From Podarcis gaigeae (taxonomy: Eukaryota): a stretch of 64,000 bases of DNA. Below, in pieces: positions 25,761 through 38,665 of the stretch. The translations under genes and the position numbers were made by a program. The stretch is taken from the NCBI GenBank assembly GCA_964106915.2, contig OZ066925.1. The stretch is one strand, 5' to 3'. Position 1 is the first letter of the stretch. Every line of letters begins with the position of its first letter. The notes below the pieces were generated by a model. That model saw only the letters and a program-made list of their open reading frames with translations. It did no database searches and was not told the DNA's origin.

Positions 25761-26020
25761 ACTTTCTATCAAGTTCAGGGCTGGTCTACCCATGAGGCAG
25801 GATGGTGCAGTTGCCTCAGGGCAGCAGGCTCCAGACAGCTGGGAGGGACAGCACACCAGAGTTCTGCAACTTGTAAGCTCCCTCCTCCTCTGGTGCACAC
25901 TGGCTACCCCAGACCTCCCTGCTGCTGCACACCCACTCACAACTGTGAGTCTGCCTACTGCCAGGCAGCAGAGGAGGATATAATTGCTCTTAGGGTATGA
26001 TCTTATCTTTGGGTCACAGT

Positions 26021-26555
26021 GGGAGCCAGTGTGGTGTAGTAGTTAAGAGCGGTAGGCTCATAATCTGGTGAACTGGGTTCGTGTCTCTGCTCCTCCACAT
26101 GCAGCTGCTGGGTGGCCTTGGGCTAGTCACACTTCCAGGGAGTGTGTGTAGTGGTTAGTGTGTCAGACTAGGACATGGGAGGCCCGAGTTCAGATCCCCA
26201 CTTAATCGTAAAGCTCTCGCTGGGTCCGTCCGGAATGCGGCAGTCGGAAACAGTGTCTGGGTGGGAATGAATGGAAATGTCTGGGAAAATCTGGACGTTT
26301 GGCAACCCATGTCGGAAGTCTCGATTTTGATGAATTTCCTTAAAAATAGCTCCAAAACTTTTGAGGGTTTTTTTGGGGGGCCTCACAAAGTAATTAGTAT
26401 TATTAGCAGTTATTATTATTTATTAAATTTATATACCGCCCTACCCCCGCAGGTCTCAGGGCAGTTGAAATGAGGAGGAGAACAATGTACACCACTCAAG
26501 CTCCTTGGATAAAAAGGTAAGATATAAATGCAATAAATGAATATAAACAAATAAA
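26021..26555 (+). mobile_element. Cluster: truncated Squam3 head (26021-26135), then an older MIR-like SINE (26136-26225 and 26470-26555) with internal insertions
   Basis: Two consecutive tRNA-like heads (gtgtagt.gtta) and a MIR-like tail agctccttgga...aggtaagatataaat. Confidence 0.6.
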
Positions 26556-27572
26556 TCTAGAGGTCACCAGGTTGGCAAGGGCTTGCTCAAAGTTTTAACA
26601 GATGAACCAGCCCCCAAGCAACTCCCCCCCCTCCATAAAATAATGCAGAAGGCTTCAAAGTTAAAGCTAATGGGCTACTTGATGGTTACGTCATTAGGCA
26701 ATACCTGCACTCATATCAGTCCTAAAGAAATTATATAAAACCAGACATGAATATGGAATTTGGATGGTTGCAACAGTTAACTTTGAAGATAAATATCCAT
26801 CAAGCTATAATAAGACACATTATTGCTAGAGAAAATATTGCTCACATTTTCCCTTCAAGTGATTTTCCTTAACAGAAACGTGTGTCGAACTGAGGTTTAA
26901 AATTAGCAATTTAAACCTTCATAAAGCAAGCCTAGCAATAGCACTTTTTATTGAAATTCTCATGAAATGTATAGCAATGCCTTCTCACTCCTGTCCAGTC
27001 ACATTTAAATATGGCTGGCTTTTTATATTCTCTGTGTGGTACAAAAAAACACGACGGCCACAAATTAATGAGCAGGCTAAAAGTCTGTCACAGCCTGATG
27101 GGATAAAGCTCATCTAAATCGACTACATGCCAGATTTTTACGATATAGACATATTCAAAAGCGCAACAATAATTAAGCAGAGATATAATTAAGGAAGCAT
27201 TTCCTGAAGTGTGGGGCTGTCGCAAAGCTGCGGTGACTCCCCTATGAGGAAGGCTTGCAAACTCCGGAGCTTTTTAGTTTAGGGGAAAGGCAAGTATAAG
27301 CAGAGGGGTAAACAATTAGGCGTGGTGTGGAGAAAGAGAATAGAGAGAATGGTTTCTCCTTCTTTCATAATACTAGAACCAGTGGCGTAGTTGGGGGCTA
27401 GGGGGGCCAATATCCCCAGGCACAAATTTTAGAGGGGGCGCAAATTTTAGAGGGGGCGCAACCCCCACAACAAGCTCCCTCCTTGAGGCCCAGAGCCGCC
27501 GGGAGGCAAGCTGCACTAGGCCCAGGCCTTCAGGGCCTTCAGTGGGGGCACCTCTTCCGCTCATGGCCAGCA

Positions 27573-28024
27573 TGTTAGAATTCCTGCTCCATGATTGCAG
27601 TCATGGGATTGTTGACTTTCACATGACTGTATATGTTTTGACTCCACGGAGTGGGAAGTGCCAGAGACAGGATGTTTGTTTTACTGTGTTCCGTGAAGTG
27701 GGACTATTGTCCTTTGTTTTCTCTCTCTTTGCTGTCTGATGCTAGAGAGAGAGAGAGGGAGCCATGTTGCAGTGCTCTGTGTGTGTTTATATGTAAATAA
27801 AGTAGATTAGCCAAAATGCTGAGTTGCTGAGGTCTGTCACACATGAGGTGCACAAACTCTGCAGATCCCTAATTGTGCTGGTGTCTGTCGGCATCAGTCG
27901 CTGTGATGTTCGGGCTGAAGAAAGCTTTTGAAGCTCCCGATGATTGACCAGGAGGGAGAGAATATGCCAGTCGGGCATGTGTCTCTGCCAGGGTCCTACT
28001 CAACTGTAGGCTGAACTCCTGACA
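27573..28024 (+). mobile_element. Probable solo LTR inserted in a GC-rich MITE starting at 27380
   Basis: TGTTAG...CTGACA termini and an internal AATAAA near 27796. No clean TSD. Confidence 0.55.
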
Positions 28025-28377
28025 GCCCATGCATGTGCCACCCCTGGGCCAGGAGGGAGGAAAGGAGGGTGAGGACACCACCACCACCCACCAAGGAGGG
28101 AGAGGAAAGTGGGAAATCACTGCTGGAGCCACGTGCATTGCCCAGAGTACCTCACTGCAAGGACAGGAGGTGCAAGAGAGCATGTAGAACATATTTATGA
28201 AAGGCTGTTGTAAGGCTGGTTCATTCATGGCGCTGGTTGTATTCGTAGTGCCACCCAAATGTCCTGAGTCACATAAGAGGCTCACCTCTTATCCCTTGTA
28301 TTGGCCAGGACATAAGCAACACTGGCATGCTACAATGGCATTACTGTGAGTCAAGGATCACTGGCAAAGCCTTATAG

Positions 28378-28509
28378 CAGCCTTTCTTGGGTCCCCAGAT
28401 GTTGTTGGTCTACAACTCTCCATCAATTCCTGACCACTGGTCCTGCTAGCTAGGGATGGTGGGAGTTGTAGTCCAACAACTTCTGGGGACCCAAGGTTGA
28501 GGAAGGTTG
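28378..28509. mobile_element. Palindromic hAT-like MITE
   Basis: Fold-back structure, 8-bp TSD ccttatag/ccttacag. Confidence 0.82.
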
Positions 28510-30297
28510 CCTTACAGTGATGCTCATAAGTTGATAATGGTATGATTAACGCATCCCAGTTTATAGCCTTCTTAAAGGACAAAAATATCTTTGACTGTCC
28601 TGCTGTAGCAGTTCACTTGGTGCAATAGAACCTGTGCTGCAATAGGATAGTGAACAGTTATCTTGCTCCTGAAAAGGTAATTAGCCAAAGTACATTGAGC
28701 ATACAACGTTCTCCAGTATTAATTTTTATTTTTATCAATTTTTTGTGGTTTAACTGTATCTAAAATCTCTAAGAGGTTTACAAAAGTACAGAATTATACA
28801 ATCAAGTATTGTTCTGAGTCTCTGCTTCCCCATCTAGGTTTTTCTGCTCTCAAATGGTCCATCTTTGCTGATCTACTTGTCCGATTGAAACATGTTTGTT
28901 TCTAAACCATAAGCCTGCCAGTGTCATGTTCAGGGTAAAGGACCCTTGAAATGTGATGCAGGCTATATGCATACATGTGAACATGATTTTTCAGTTGTCA
29001 TAGATGCAGCCAGTATCAGATGCAGTGATACCTTGGCATTCAAGTTATAGGCCAAAACATCTGGAGGGTAGGTTAATCTCAAACCCTGGAAGAGAATTTA
29101 TAATCATTGCCCAGAGGGCTGATGGTGAAGGAATATGTGGAACTCTGTTGAGAAAAAGTCTGGAGAGGAATTTGGAACGAGGAGGAAATATCATGTTCAG
29201 AGGAGCATTTGCTGTGGCAGAGATTGTATGTCTTCGAGATAACCTTGCTTTTGGTGCAGGAAGGAGACATTTTCCTCCCTTGAATTTCTGCCTGTCTTCC
29301 ACTTTTTAAAAGTACAATATCCTTACCAGGGAAAAGGTGGCAACACAAATGGAATTAGAGATGACTTCATCTCTGTTCGCGTTTATGTAATTGCAAGACC
29401 ATGGGGTACGGTGATGTTTAAACTTTGTTCCAATTATTAAATCTTGGTTGTGTATTTGAGGTATTTTAGAGTAAGTTCACAATGAGAAAGATTGATATTG
29501 AAAGATGCAAAGATATTGAGAAAGTCAAGTGGGGAGGAAAGAGACATGCAATATAACAAACACCCTGAACTTTACAATTAAAAAGAGCTTGTGATCGTAG
29601 CTTATGTCTTGTGCATAAGTATATTTGTTCTAGGTTTGATGTTCAGACCGCGGATCATTTTTCACTCCCAATTGGTCTTAGCCCAGGTGCAATAGATCTT
29701 TTCAATTACCATCACCACAGACAAAACAAACTCCAGTTGCTTCATCTTACTGAACTTTCGTCTTTGAATCACTGAAAAAGTCACTCCATCATGTCTAAAA
29801 CCAGTTTGCTTTACTTAGAGTGCTTGTCAGGAAAGAAAACACACACACTATCATTTCCCCTTCTTTCAAAACAGATAAAGCTAACGCAGTTTCATAAATT
29901 TCAGGAGAAATGCAAAACTGGATCTATTATTTTTGAAGAGTTAAATGACATTGTTTCCCCAATACATTGGTTTCAAATCACCACCCTCAAATTAAAAAAC
30001 TATTGCCACAATACAAGTAAAATTCGATGTGCCTAATTCTCTTGTTGCAGTGGAATATATGGACCCATGTAATGAAATGAAAGGGACTTATTTCTGAGGA
30101 ACTGTGTTTAGCATTGTAGTGTATAAGGATAGCTCCCTTCACTTGCTCTTATGCCCTGAAAGAGTACAAATTCTCTTTTGGCAATGTGATTAAAGCAAAT
30201 TGTTGATATTAATTATATTCTTCAAAGAGCAGCAATAATATGTCCTACATACTTCTTATGGCAAGGGAAGGAACTACAATTACGGTAAGTCTCTGAA

Positions 30298-30316
30298 TTC
30301 TCTGTAGAGGGCGCTA
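30298..30316 (+). promoter_or_regulatory. Candidate CTCF site
   Basis: ctgtAGAGGGCGCTA matches the CTCF core and retains its CpG in otherwise CpG-depleted unique DNA. Confidence 0.5.
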
Positions 30317-31174
30317 TTGATATTAAGTAGGGCGAAGATTATGAATTCTCCTGTTCCTGTCCTGTAACAGGAACAAAAGGCAGCTGTTATGCACTTCTGT
30401 ACGTGTTCCTTTTCTTACACAATTGATATTATTATTTTTAAAAGCATTTTAACTGTGCTATATCTCATGTCTTATTCACTTACATACTATATATTATAGG
30501 CCACTGAAAAACCATGTTATTGATCCACTTTTGATATGGAGGCTGCAAGAAATTACTTTTCAGCTGCAGCCCTTTACTTATTTATCTGGGAGTTTCACTT
30601 AAGTCAAAGAGGATTACTTCTGTGTAGACATATATAGGATTGCGCCGCTCCTGTTTGTTTCGAATTCAGCTATTTCTTTTTACAGAACATTGTTTCTTGG
30701 AAGTCTCCTAAGGGCAATACTGTATATTGTATATTGGTATGTATTCACAATGCATGCATAACATGTGCAAACATTTCTGTACACGCGGGCATCTTAACCT
30801 TGTGTATGTTTTAAGAATGAAGGGTGTTCTATGATGCTTCATTACAGGGTTTTAGGTTTAAGCTAATTGATCATACACTGCCCTGGGGCTCTACATCGAA
30901 TGAATGGCAGGCAGTATAAAAATATATTTGAGAGAGATAGAGGAAGCTACAGTCCTTGTACAGAATGATCTCCCTATATTGGGCAGGGCCTACTGCTCCT
31001 AGGTTGCTTCTGAATTTTGCTCTGTTTGTACAAGAGTGGATAAAACTTATTGAAAAGATGTATTTCTATTAACTGTTGCCCATTGGTCCTCTGCTGTGCT
31101 GTCAAAATATTAATACTAATACTAATACTAATACTAATAATTTATACCCCGCCCATCTGGCTGGGTTTTTGTGG

Positions 31175-31550
31175 CCCTTAAAACTCCCCTCTTTCTATTC
31201 ATTTATACTAACTTTTCAAGGAGCTTAAGGTGGCTTACATGGTCTCAGTTAGTCCCCACACAACAACCCTGTGAGAGTAGGTTAGGCTGAGAGGCAGTGA
31301 CTGGCCCTAGGTCACCTGGCGAGCTTCATGGCTGAGTGAGGGGATTTGAACTCTGGTCTCCTGGGCCCTAGTCTGACACGCTAACCCAGCCTTTCTCAAC
31401 CTTGGATCCCTAGATGTTGTTGGACTACAACTCCCATGATTCCTAGCCAGCATAAGCAATGGTCAGGGATGATGGGAGTTGTAGTTCAAGAACATCTGGG
31501 AAATCCTGGGTTGAGAAAGGCTACTCTAATCTCTACACCACTCTGGCTTT
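31175..31550 (-). mobile_element. Older MIR/Squam3-like SINE interrupted by a palindromic MITE (31387-31523)
   Basis: acaaccctgtgag..taggttaggctgagag..agtgactggccc..ggtcacc core. The MITE has a degenerate 8-bp TSD cgctaacc/ctctaatc. Confidence 0.7.
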
Positions 31551-32787
31551 CCAAAAGGAAAAGAGGCTATTAGTATTGTGGGAGACTATTATTTTTATTC
31601 AAAGTTTAGTTGCTGGGATGAAATACAACTTTTCAGTATAAATATTTGTGATTTGTAGATCCACATACATACCCCCTTTAAAACAAAACACACATGCATT
31701 TGCCGCAGGGAACTTTTTTAGCGGCTATTGGTGGCCTGGAAATTTGCAAAATCAAATTATGAAAATTCACTCCGTCTAAAGAGGTGCCATCCTATTGGCT
31801 GTTCCAGCAATTCTCAGGTGCTGAGTGATAACTAGTCTTGCCTGTCACTCAGCACGCCGCCAGTGCCTGGTGCCATTAGAGCTGCTTGGGGGATAATTTC
31901 AGGGTGTGAATAGAAGACGAGTCCTAACAAAGGTAAAACTCCACAACTGGGCAGCTTATTGATGCTGCTCGCTCAAGAACTGTTGGCGAACAAGGCAGTT
32001 TTATACACATCTTCTCAGAAGTGGGGCTAACATCCTGGTAAGTTTGTATAGGACTAGAACATTTTTTGGCTACTTAGTCCAGGAGGAAAAGAAGCTGCAC
32101 AGCCTGCTCTTTCAAAATGGAATAAATGCCCATTTGCTACTTGTATACTGCTTTTCTTTGAGTTTGAATTGGAGACCCACTCACAGCACCTCCTACCCTG
32201 GCTGGGCAAAAGGGAATACCAACCACAGGTGTAAACAAACTGCACAAGACAACGTTCTGGGATTTAAAATTGGCAGAAACTTTTATTGATTACAGATCTT
32301 TGGCCCAGGCATTGGGTGTTTATCCATTTTCCAGCCTTCTAGTTGGAGGGCTGAAGCTTAAAGCAGGGTTATGCTTGGGCACTGAGGCGGCGGACCTGAG
32401 TGAAGACTTCTCCACTCCGGTCTGTTGCCCAGACTCCGCCCCCCAACCTGCCCATGATTGGGCAGTTTAAATTGAGGGCGATGGTGATGGGTCACAACTG
32501 CCGCTCACCCCAGGTCCAGCTGAGCAGCCATTGCTAGACTTCCCTAGCAGTGAAGATACCGTACATTGTGTCTGAAAAAGATTGTCTTGTGTAAATGTTG
32601 TGCACATCTAATATGGGGGGAGCCAACACGATGCCTCTGGTTCTTGTTGAACTCAAACTTCCATCAGCCCCGGCCAGCTTTGCCAATGATCAGAGATAAT
32701 GGCACTTGTACTTCAGCATAATCCAGAGGGCACCATGTTGGTGACTCCAACTTACAGATAGAGGCTTCGCTTGCATATACAGTGGTA

Positions 32788-33071
32788 AAGGTAAAGGCAA
32801 AGGTACCACTGACCATTAGGTCCAGTCATGACCGACTCTGGGGTTACAGTGCTCATCTCGCTTTATTGGCCAAGAGAGCCAGCGTACAGCTTCAGGGTCA
32901 TGTGGCCAGCATGACTAAGGCGCTTCTGGCAAACCAGAGCAGCGCACAGAAATGCTGTTTACCTTCCCGCCGGAGTGGTACCTATTTATCTACTTGTACT
33001 TTGACGTGCTTTTGAACTGCTAGGTTGGCAGGAGCAGGGACTAAGCAACGGGAGCTCACCCCGTTGCGAGG
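32788..33071 (-). mobile_element. 5'-truncated Sauria SINE inserted into a mariner-MITE TIR
   Basis: Sauria motifs, TSD tacagtggta (32778-32787 / 33072-33081). Confidence 0.88.
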
Positions 33072-33073
33072 TA

Positions 33074-33299
33074 CAGTGGTACCTCAGGTTAAGTACTTAA
33101 TTCATTACGGAGGTCCGTTTTTAACCTGAAACTGTTCTTAACCTGAAGCACTACTTTAGCTAATGGGGCCTCCTGCTGCCGCCACGCTGCCTGAGAATGA
33201 TTTCTGTTCTCATCCTGAAGCAAAGTTCTTAACCTGAAGCACTATTTCTGGGTTAACGGAGTCTGTAACCTGAAGTGTATGCAACCTGAGGTACCAGTG
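33074..33299 (-). mobile_element. Tc1/mariner MITE
   Basis: CAGTGGTACCTC...GAGGTACCAGTG plus TA. Reverse orientation relative to the 13444 copy. Confidence 0.9.
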
Positions 33300-34049
33300 T
33301 AAGCCCAAGCCTGAACCATGGCTAAGCATAAACGGGCAAGTGTGCAGGTACTCAGAGGAAAAATGGTACCCCTTTCACTCTCTGCTATTGTTATGGTATC
33401 CAGAGCTAAGTCATGGTTTAGCTTAGTGTTAAACCCAAACCTGGGCTCATTTTTTTTCTCACAAGCTGAAGCAAAACTTTGTTCTTGGTTCAGCACTCTT
33501 AGTTTGTCTGGGGGAGACAGGGCACAACTACAGGTTTTGTAATCCTCCAACCGGTACCCTCAGGGGCTGGAATTCCAGTCCCAGGTGATCTAAACCTCTT
33601 GCCAAAGTCCTTACCAACAAGAAGGGTTGCTGGTCTGGCTTAGCGTTATCCAGTCCTAATTAAAATGGAAAGTCGTGATAAGGAGCAACAAAAGGTCAGG
33701 TTGTGAACTCCTCTCTCTCTTTAAAAAAAATGAAATTACTTTTTTGGAAGTTGCATGATCTACCTCTACTGTGCTAAACTATATAATAAATATGATTTGG
33801 GGGGGGGGGGTACTGGGAACTTTGTTTGGTAAAAAGGATCTATTTGGATTCCTACAGTAAATATTAATTTTATTTGGATAAATTTATTTACACTTCTTTT
33901 TAGTTATGCTGCATATTGCATGACCCTTGGTGGTCCCTTCCAACTCTATGATTCTACTTGCAGTCCTATGAGTACTTACTATTGAACTCAGTCATTGTAA
34001 CTTCTGAGTCAACCTGCATAGTCTTAGATATGTCTGCATATCAAAGAAC

Positions 34050-34358
34050 CAGTGCCGGATTTACGTATAAGCTAAACAAACTATAGCTTAGGGCCCCATT
34101 CTCTTGGGGGCCCCAAAAAAAATTAAAGGAAAAAAACAACTGGATGAACATTTCCAAAATATAAGCTAAAAAACAAATAAAATAAAACCTACATACAGCA
34201 ACAGTGTTTTGTGTTGTGTAGGTCCATAAATTACAATATAGCATATATTCAACACAAAAAACAGCGACAATTTGTTGTTGACAAAGGACAGCTGGACATA
34301 TAAAGGGCCCCATTACCTTCAGTAGCTTAGGGCCTCCTCAGACCTAAATCCGGCCCTG
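34050..34358 (-). mobile_element. hAT MITE (internally deleted copy)
   Basis: TIRs CAGTGCCGGATTTA / TAAATCCGGCCCTG, perfect 8-bp TSD caaagaac. Confidence 0.9.
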
Positions 34359-35434
34359 CAAAGAACTATGCTTAATTCAACTGTGGAGCCTGTCAAATAC
34401 AATGAGAAGAATGCAAATAATTCAGAGAAAACAGAATATAACAACTATGTAGCTGAGCTGCCTATTTTCCCTGCTTCCTTATTTCTGCCATCTTCATATG
34501 TTTCGGATTTATTTCCCGTGCATTATTGTTGCAACGTTGAAAGGGAACCCTTTGATTCCACTAAGCAGTTGTTTTTCAGAGAGGGAATGAACACCCGACT
34601 TACACTATTTTCACAATGCTATCAACTTCCTCTATTGATCTGGGCAATTCTCAAAAGACAGCATTGCTTAATACTGCTCCATTTGATTTTTTTATAGCAC
34701 TGTTTTTTAATAGTAATACTTTCAGACAAAATACTTTCATAGAAATACTTGAAATGCTTAATAGCAACATAGCATTTTAATATTCCTCATTTCAGAACTT
34801 CAGAAGGCCAAAATTCTGTAGCAAAGATTCCCTACCCCGCCCCCTGCAAAAAAAGGGATAATATTCCTAAAATGTCAACATCAGCGATAAGAACATTAGT
34901 GGAGTATACAAGTTTGCAGAGAAACCTGGCAAAATTCACCAGTATAGGAAGACCTATATAGAGCTTTCAAGTTTCCCCTAGCTCTTCTTCAGTTAGAAAA
35001 GATAGTTCATACAACCATTTATAAGATGGAAAATTAACACAAATTTACAGGTGTCATGGTTGTTATTTTACTAGCAATATTCAGGAGCTGATACAACGGA
35101 TTTTCTTTAAATCATTCAGTAAAAAAAACTGAGGGCGTAGAATTCAGTGTGGTGACTTTTAAACAACAACAACATCACATGAATTATCCTTGACCTGGAC
35201 TGGATATGACCTAGCTGGATATGAGCACATGCACTAAAACTAATGTTAATAACAGCACTGGAAACACAACAAACATTTATAGAAGGACAGAAATCTAGCT
35301 TTAGTGTTTACTGATCAATGTTTATTGATTTTGCACACATACTAATGCTAATGCCTTTCTAGAATACTGGCTACCTGTGTTGTTATATCAAGTAGCATCC
35401 TTTATTGAACTAGAGGAGAAGAAGAAGAAGAAAA

Positions 35435-35915
35435 TTTATTTATACCCTGCCCATCTGGCTGGGCTTCCCCAGCCACTCTGGGCGCCTTCCAACAAAATAT
35501 TAAAGTACAGTAATGCATCATTATTGTAGTGGAAGATAGGAGTGCCTGCTGTGCTCTGGTCCATGGGGTCACGAAGAGTCGGACACAACTAAACGACTAA
35601 ACAATACATCAAACATGAAAAGCTTCCCTTAACCAGGGCTGCCTTCAGATGTCTTCTATGAGTCTGGTAGTTTTTGTTCTCTTTGACATCTGGTGGGATG
35701 GCATTCCACAGGGCGGGTGCCACTACCAAGAAGGCCCTCTGCCTTGTTCCCTGTAACCTGGCATCTCGCAGTGAGGGAACCGCCAGAAGGCCCTCAGTGC
35801 TGGACATCAGTGTCCAGACTGAACGATGGGGATGGAGACGCTCCTTCAGGTATACTGGACTGAGGCTGTTTAGGGCTTTAAAGGTCAGCACTAACACTTT
35901 GAATTGTGCTCAGAA
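35435..35915 (-). mobile_element. L2 LINE 3' fragment with a nested Bov-B tail
   Basis: ORF 35589-35897: VLTFKALNSLSPVYLKERLHPHRS...RAFLVVAPALWNAIP...RRHLKAAL. Confidence 0.88.
35521..35602 (+). mobile_element. Very short Bov-B 3' end
   Basis: ctggtccatggggtcacgaagagtcggacacaactaaacgactaaac, TSD aatgcatca/aatacatca. Confidence 0.82.
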
Positions 35916-36946
35916 ACATGGGGCTTACTCCCAGGTAAGAGAGATTTAAGGCAAGTGCCTCTCCTGCAGACTGGCTTTTATGAAGCAGGAACCACATACT
36001 CTCATAAGGGAAGCACTTTTTGGGATGAACTAGATGGTGAATGAGATAGGGACAAGTCATGCTCACCAAACTGGTATTTAGAAGGAGTGCAGTAATGGAT
36101 TACTAAAGTCACTCTTTTCTCAGTCGCAGTCAGCCATCCCCATGGTACAATTGGTGATCTTATAGATCACAGGAATCTGCCTTATGCTGAGTTCAGATCC
36201 CCGGTCCATCTAGTGTACTATTGTGTATATTGACAGGCAGTAGCTCTCCAGCAGTTTCAGAGTTCTTTCCTAGCCCCAAAGAATTCAAAACACAAAACAC
36301 TTTTAGGTATGTGACTGGAAATAAGTGCTTGCAATATACACTTGTTGCTATACCGAAATCACTTGACTTTCCATGTTGAAAATCCACAGCTAAATCCACC
36401 CTACGTTTTGCCTGCTTTTTATTTTGCCGGCTGTTCCAAAACTCCATGCCTTTGTGCTTCTGTTGTCACAGGGTGACTCAGTTGCTCCTTCCTGAAGCCC
36501 TGCTTCTTTCTCCAGCAGTATGACTCAATTAATTCCCTGCCACTCTCTCACACAACTGGCCCTCTTGGCTTCAGTTCTCTGTTTCAGGAGCCAGGCTATG
36601 TTCCCTAAACACAGACATGGACAAAGCCATTCACCTTCAAGTCTCATTCTTGCCTTTATGGCTTGGGGACCAAACTTACCTCTTTCTGAGGAGATAATCC
36701 TTCAGTCTAGAGTTTGTACTCTGTGTCATTTGCCTCACAATAATAGCTTTATTTTCAGGAGGATTGATCCCTTGTGTTAGTGTATTTTATGTAAACCTGA
36801 CAAGTTTCCTTTTTCATAGGATTGAACTAGAACACGGAGAAAACAAAACATAATTAACTGAGCATTCTTCTAATTACTGAGTAATCTTCTAATTACATTT
36901 TCTGAATGGGGTATAATTTGTACTAATTCTTCCTACACTAGTGGTA

Positions 36947-37032
36947 AGGTAAAAAGGTAAAGGACCCCTGGACAGTTACGTCCAGTCAAAGGCGACTACA
37001 GTGGTACCTCGGGTTAAGAACTTAATTCGTTC
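36947..37032 (-). mobile_element. Sauria SINE tail fragment fused to a mariner-MITE end
   Basis: aaggtaaaggacccctggacagtta..tccagtc directly followed by TA|CAGTGGTACCTCGGGTTAAG. Confidence 0.75.
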
Positions 37033-37873
37033 TGGAGGTCCATTCTTAACCACAGTATTTAGTGACCAAGCAACTATTCCTTATTCAACAGATTGTTGCA
37101 GAGTGTGCTACACACGAGACACCGGACAAGAATGGAGTTTGCACTGGGTGGGGGCTGTTGGCTACACCTGCAAATCCAAGTGAGCTTTGCTATGTACTTG
37201 TAAATTTTTCCATGTACAGATTTGGATCCTGCAAGGAAGAATCCCTTTTCTTTCTTTACTCCACTCCACTTTCTAGTACTGTACTCTTGGCCAGTGAGTT
37301 ATGGTGTATTCTTCCTTGCAAGACCCGAACTAGGGCGCATGGCAACACAACAAACAGTAATCAGAGACAGAGGGACTGGGTTGTGAGTTGCTGTTGTGCG
37401 GTGGTTGTTTTTTTAGTAGGCGTGTTCTGCTGCAACATGCTATTGATGTAATAACAATTCATTAGCAGTCCACACCTGATTACACTCTATTAGTAGCTTT
37501 GTGACACTTCCTCAGTGTTACGGCAGCATTGCACTCTTGCACCGTGGCACAACGAAAGCATCACAAAGAATCCTGCAGTATTTGTGATATAAAAAGTTGC
37601 AGGATTTCAGCAGGAAGCTACGGGATATGAATGGATTGGAGATGAAGCAGTGTCGCCATGCTAAACCTTTCCTAGACACAAATGACATCGTAAGCGAAAT
37701 CATGCCTCAGTAGCATATGCACACAAATCTTCATGAGCACACAATGAAAGGGATTTCTGGAGAGGCCCAGAGTCTTAATGAACTCCGTACCGTGGATGCA
37801 ACATTAGCCAGACCCTCCAAGTGTCCCTGTTTTCCAGGGACGTCCCTGATTTAGAGAAGCTACCCCAGTTTCT

Positions 37874-38274
37874 GAATGAATGAATGAATGAAACTTTATT
37901 CGCGCCAGCCATCGGCCATAGCAACAAAAGAACATTGTGATATACACAGAACAAAATTAAAAGTTGATTATATAAAACACAGTTTAGGGTCCTGAATCAG
38001 CAGTAAAGTAGAGGACCTTATTCTGATTGCCCCAGCTAAGAACCTTGCAACCTTTTCTGTCATCTGCTCCTCTTGATCTGCCAGGAGAAAAGACACTGTG
38101 GCAGTGGTTGGGCGAGCCAGAAAGGACAAAAGAGAGGGGTGATAATCTCGTTCCTCAGGTCTTTATAAAGAGTGGAAGCCAGGAGGGCATGCACCACTGA
38201 TTCGGTGCTGCCATTTCCGCAGGGACATAAGTGTTTTTTGTGTGGAATCTGTTGGAATCGTCCCTCGAGTAAAT
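37874..38274 (-). mobile_element. RTE-X-like LINE 3' fragment
   Basis: Homologous to 25335-25760, (TGAA)n tail, TSD ccagtttctga on both sides. Confidence 0.7.
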
Positions 38275-38439
38275 CCAGTTTCTGATTTGATCCTGGAATG
38301 TCCCATTTTTCCTTAGGATGTCCCTATTTTCATTGGAGAAATGTTGGAGGGTATAAAGTTATCTGACCTCCAAGCAATCTGAAGGCAATCCTGTATAGGG
38401 AAGGTTTTTTAAATAAATGTTTTATTATGTTTTTATATA

Positions 38440-38665
38440 CCGTATTTTTCGCTCTATAAGACGCACCAGACCACAAGACGCACCTAGTTTTTGGAGGAGG
38501 AAAACAAGAAAAAAAATATTCTGAATCTCAGAAGCCAGAACAGGAAGAGTTCTGTTCTGGCTTCTGTGATAGCTGCACAGCCTGCATTCGCTCCATAAGA
38601 CGCACACACATTTCCCCTTACTTTTTAGGAGGGAAAAAGTGAGTCTTACAGAGCAAAAAATACGG
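38440..38665. mobile_element. Tc1/mariner (pogo/Tc2-like) MITE
   Basis: TIR CCGTATTTTT.GCTCT / AGAGCAAAAAATACGG flanked by TA, with internal taagacgcac repeats. Confidence 0.85.
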
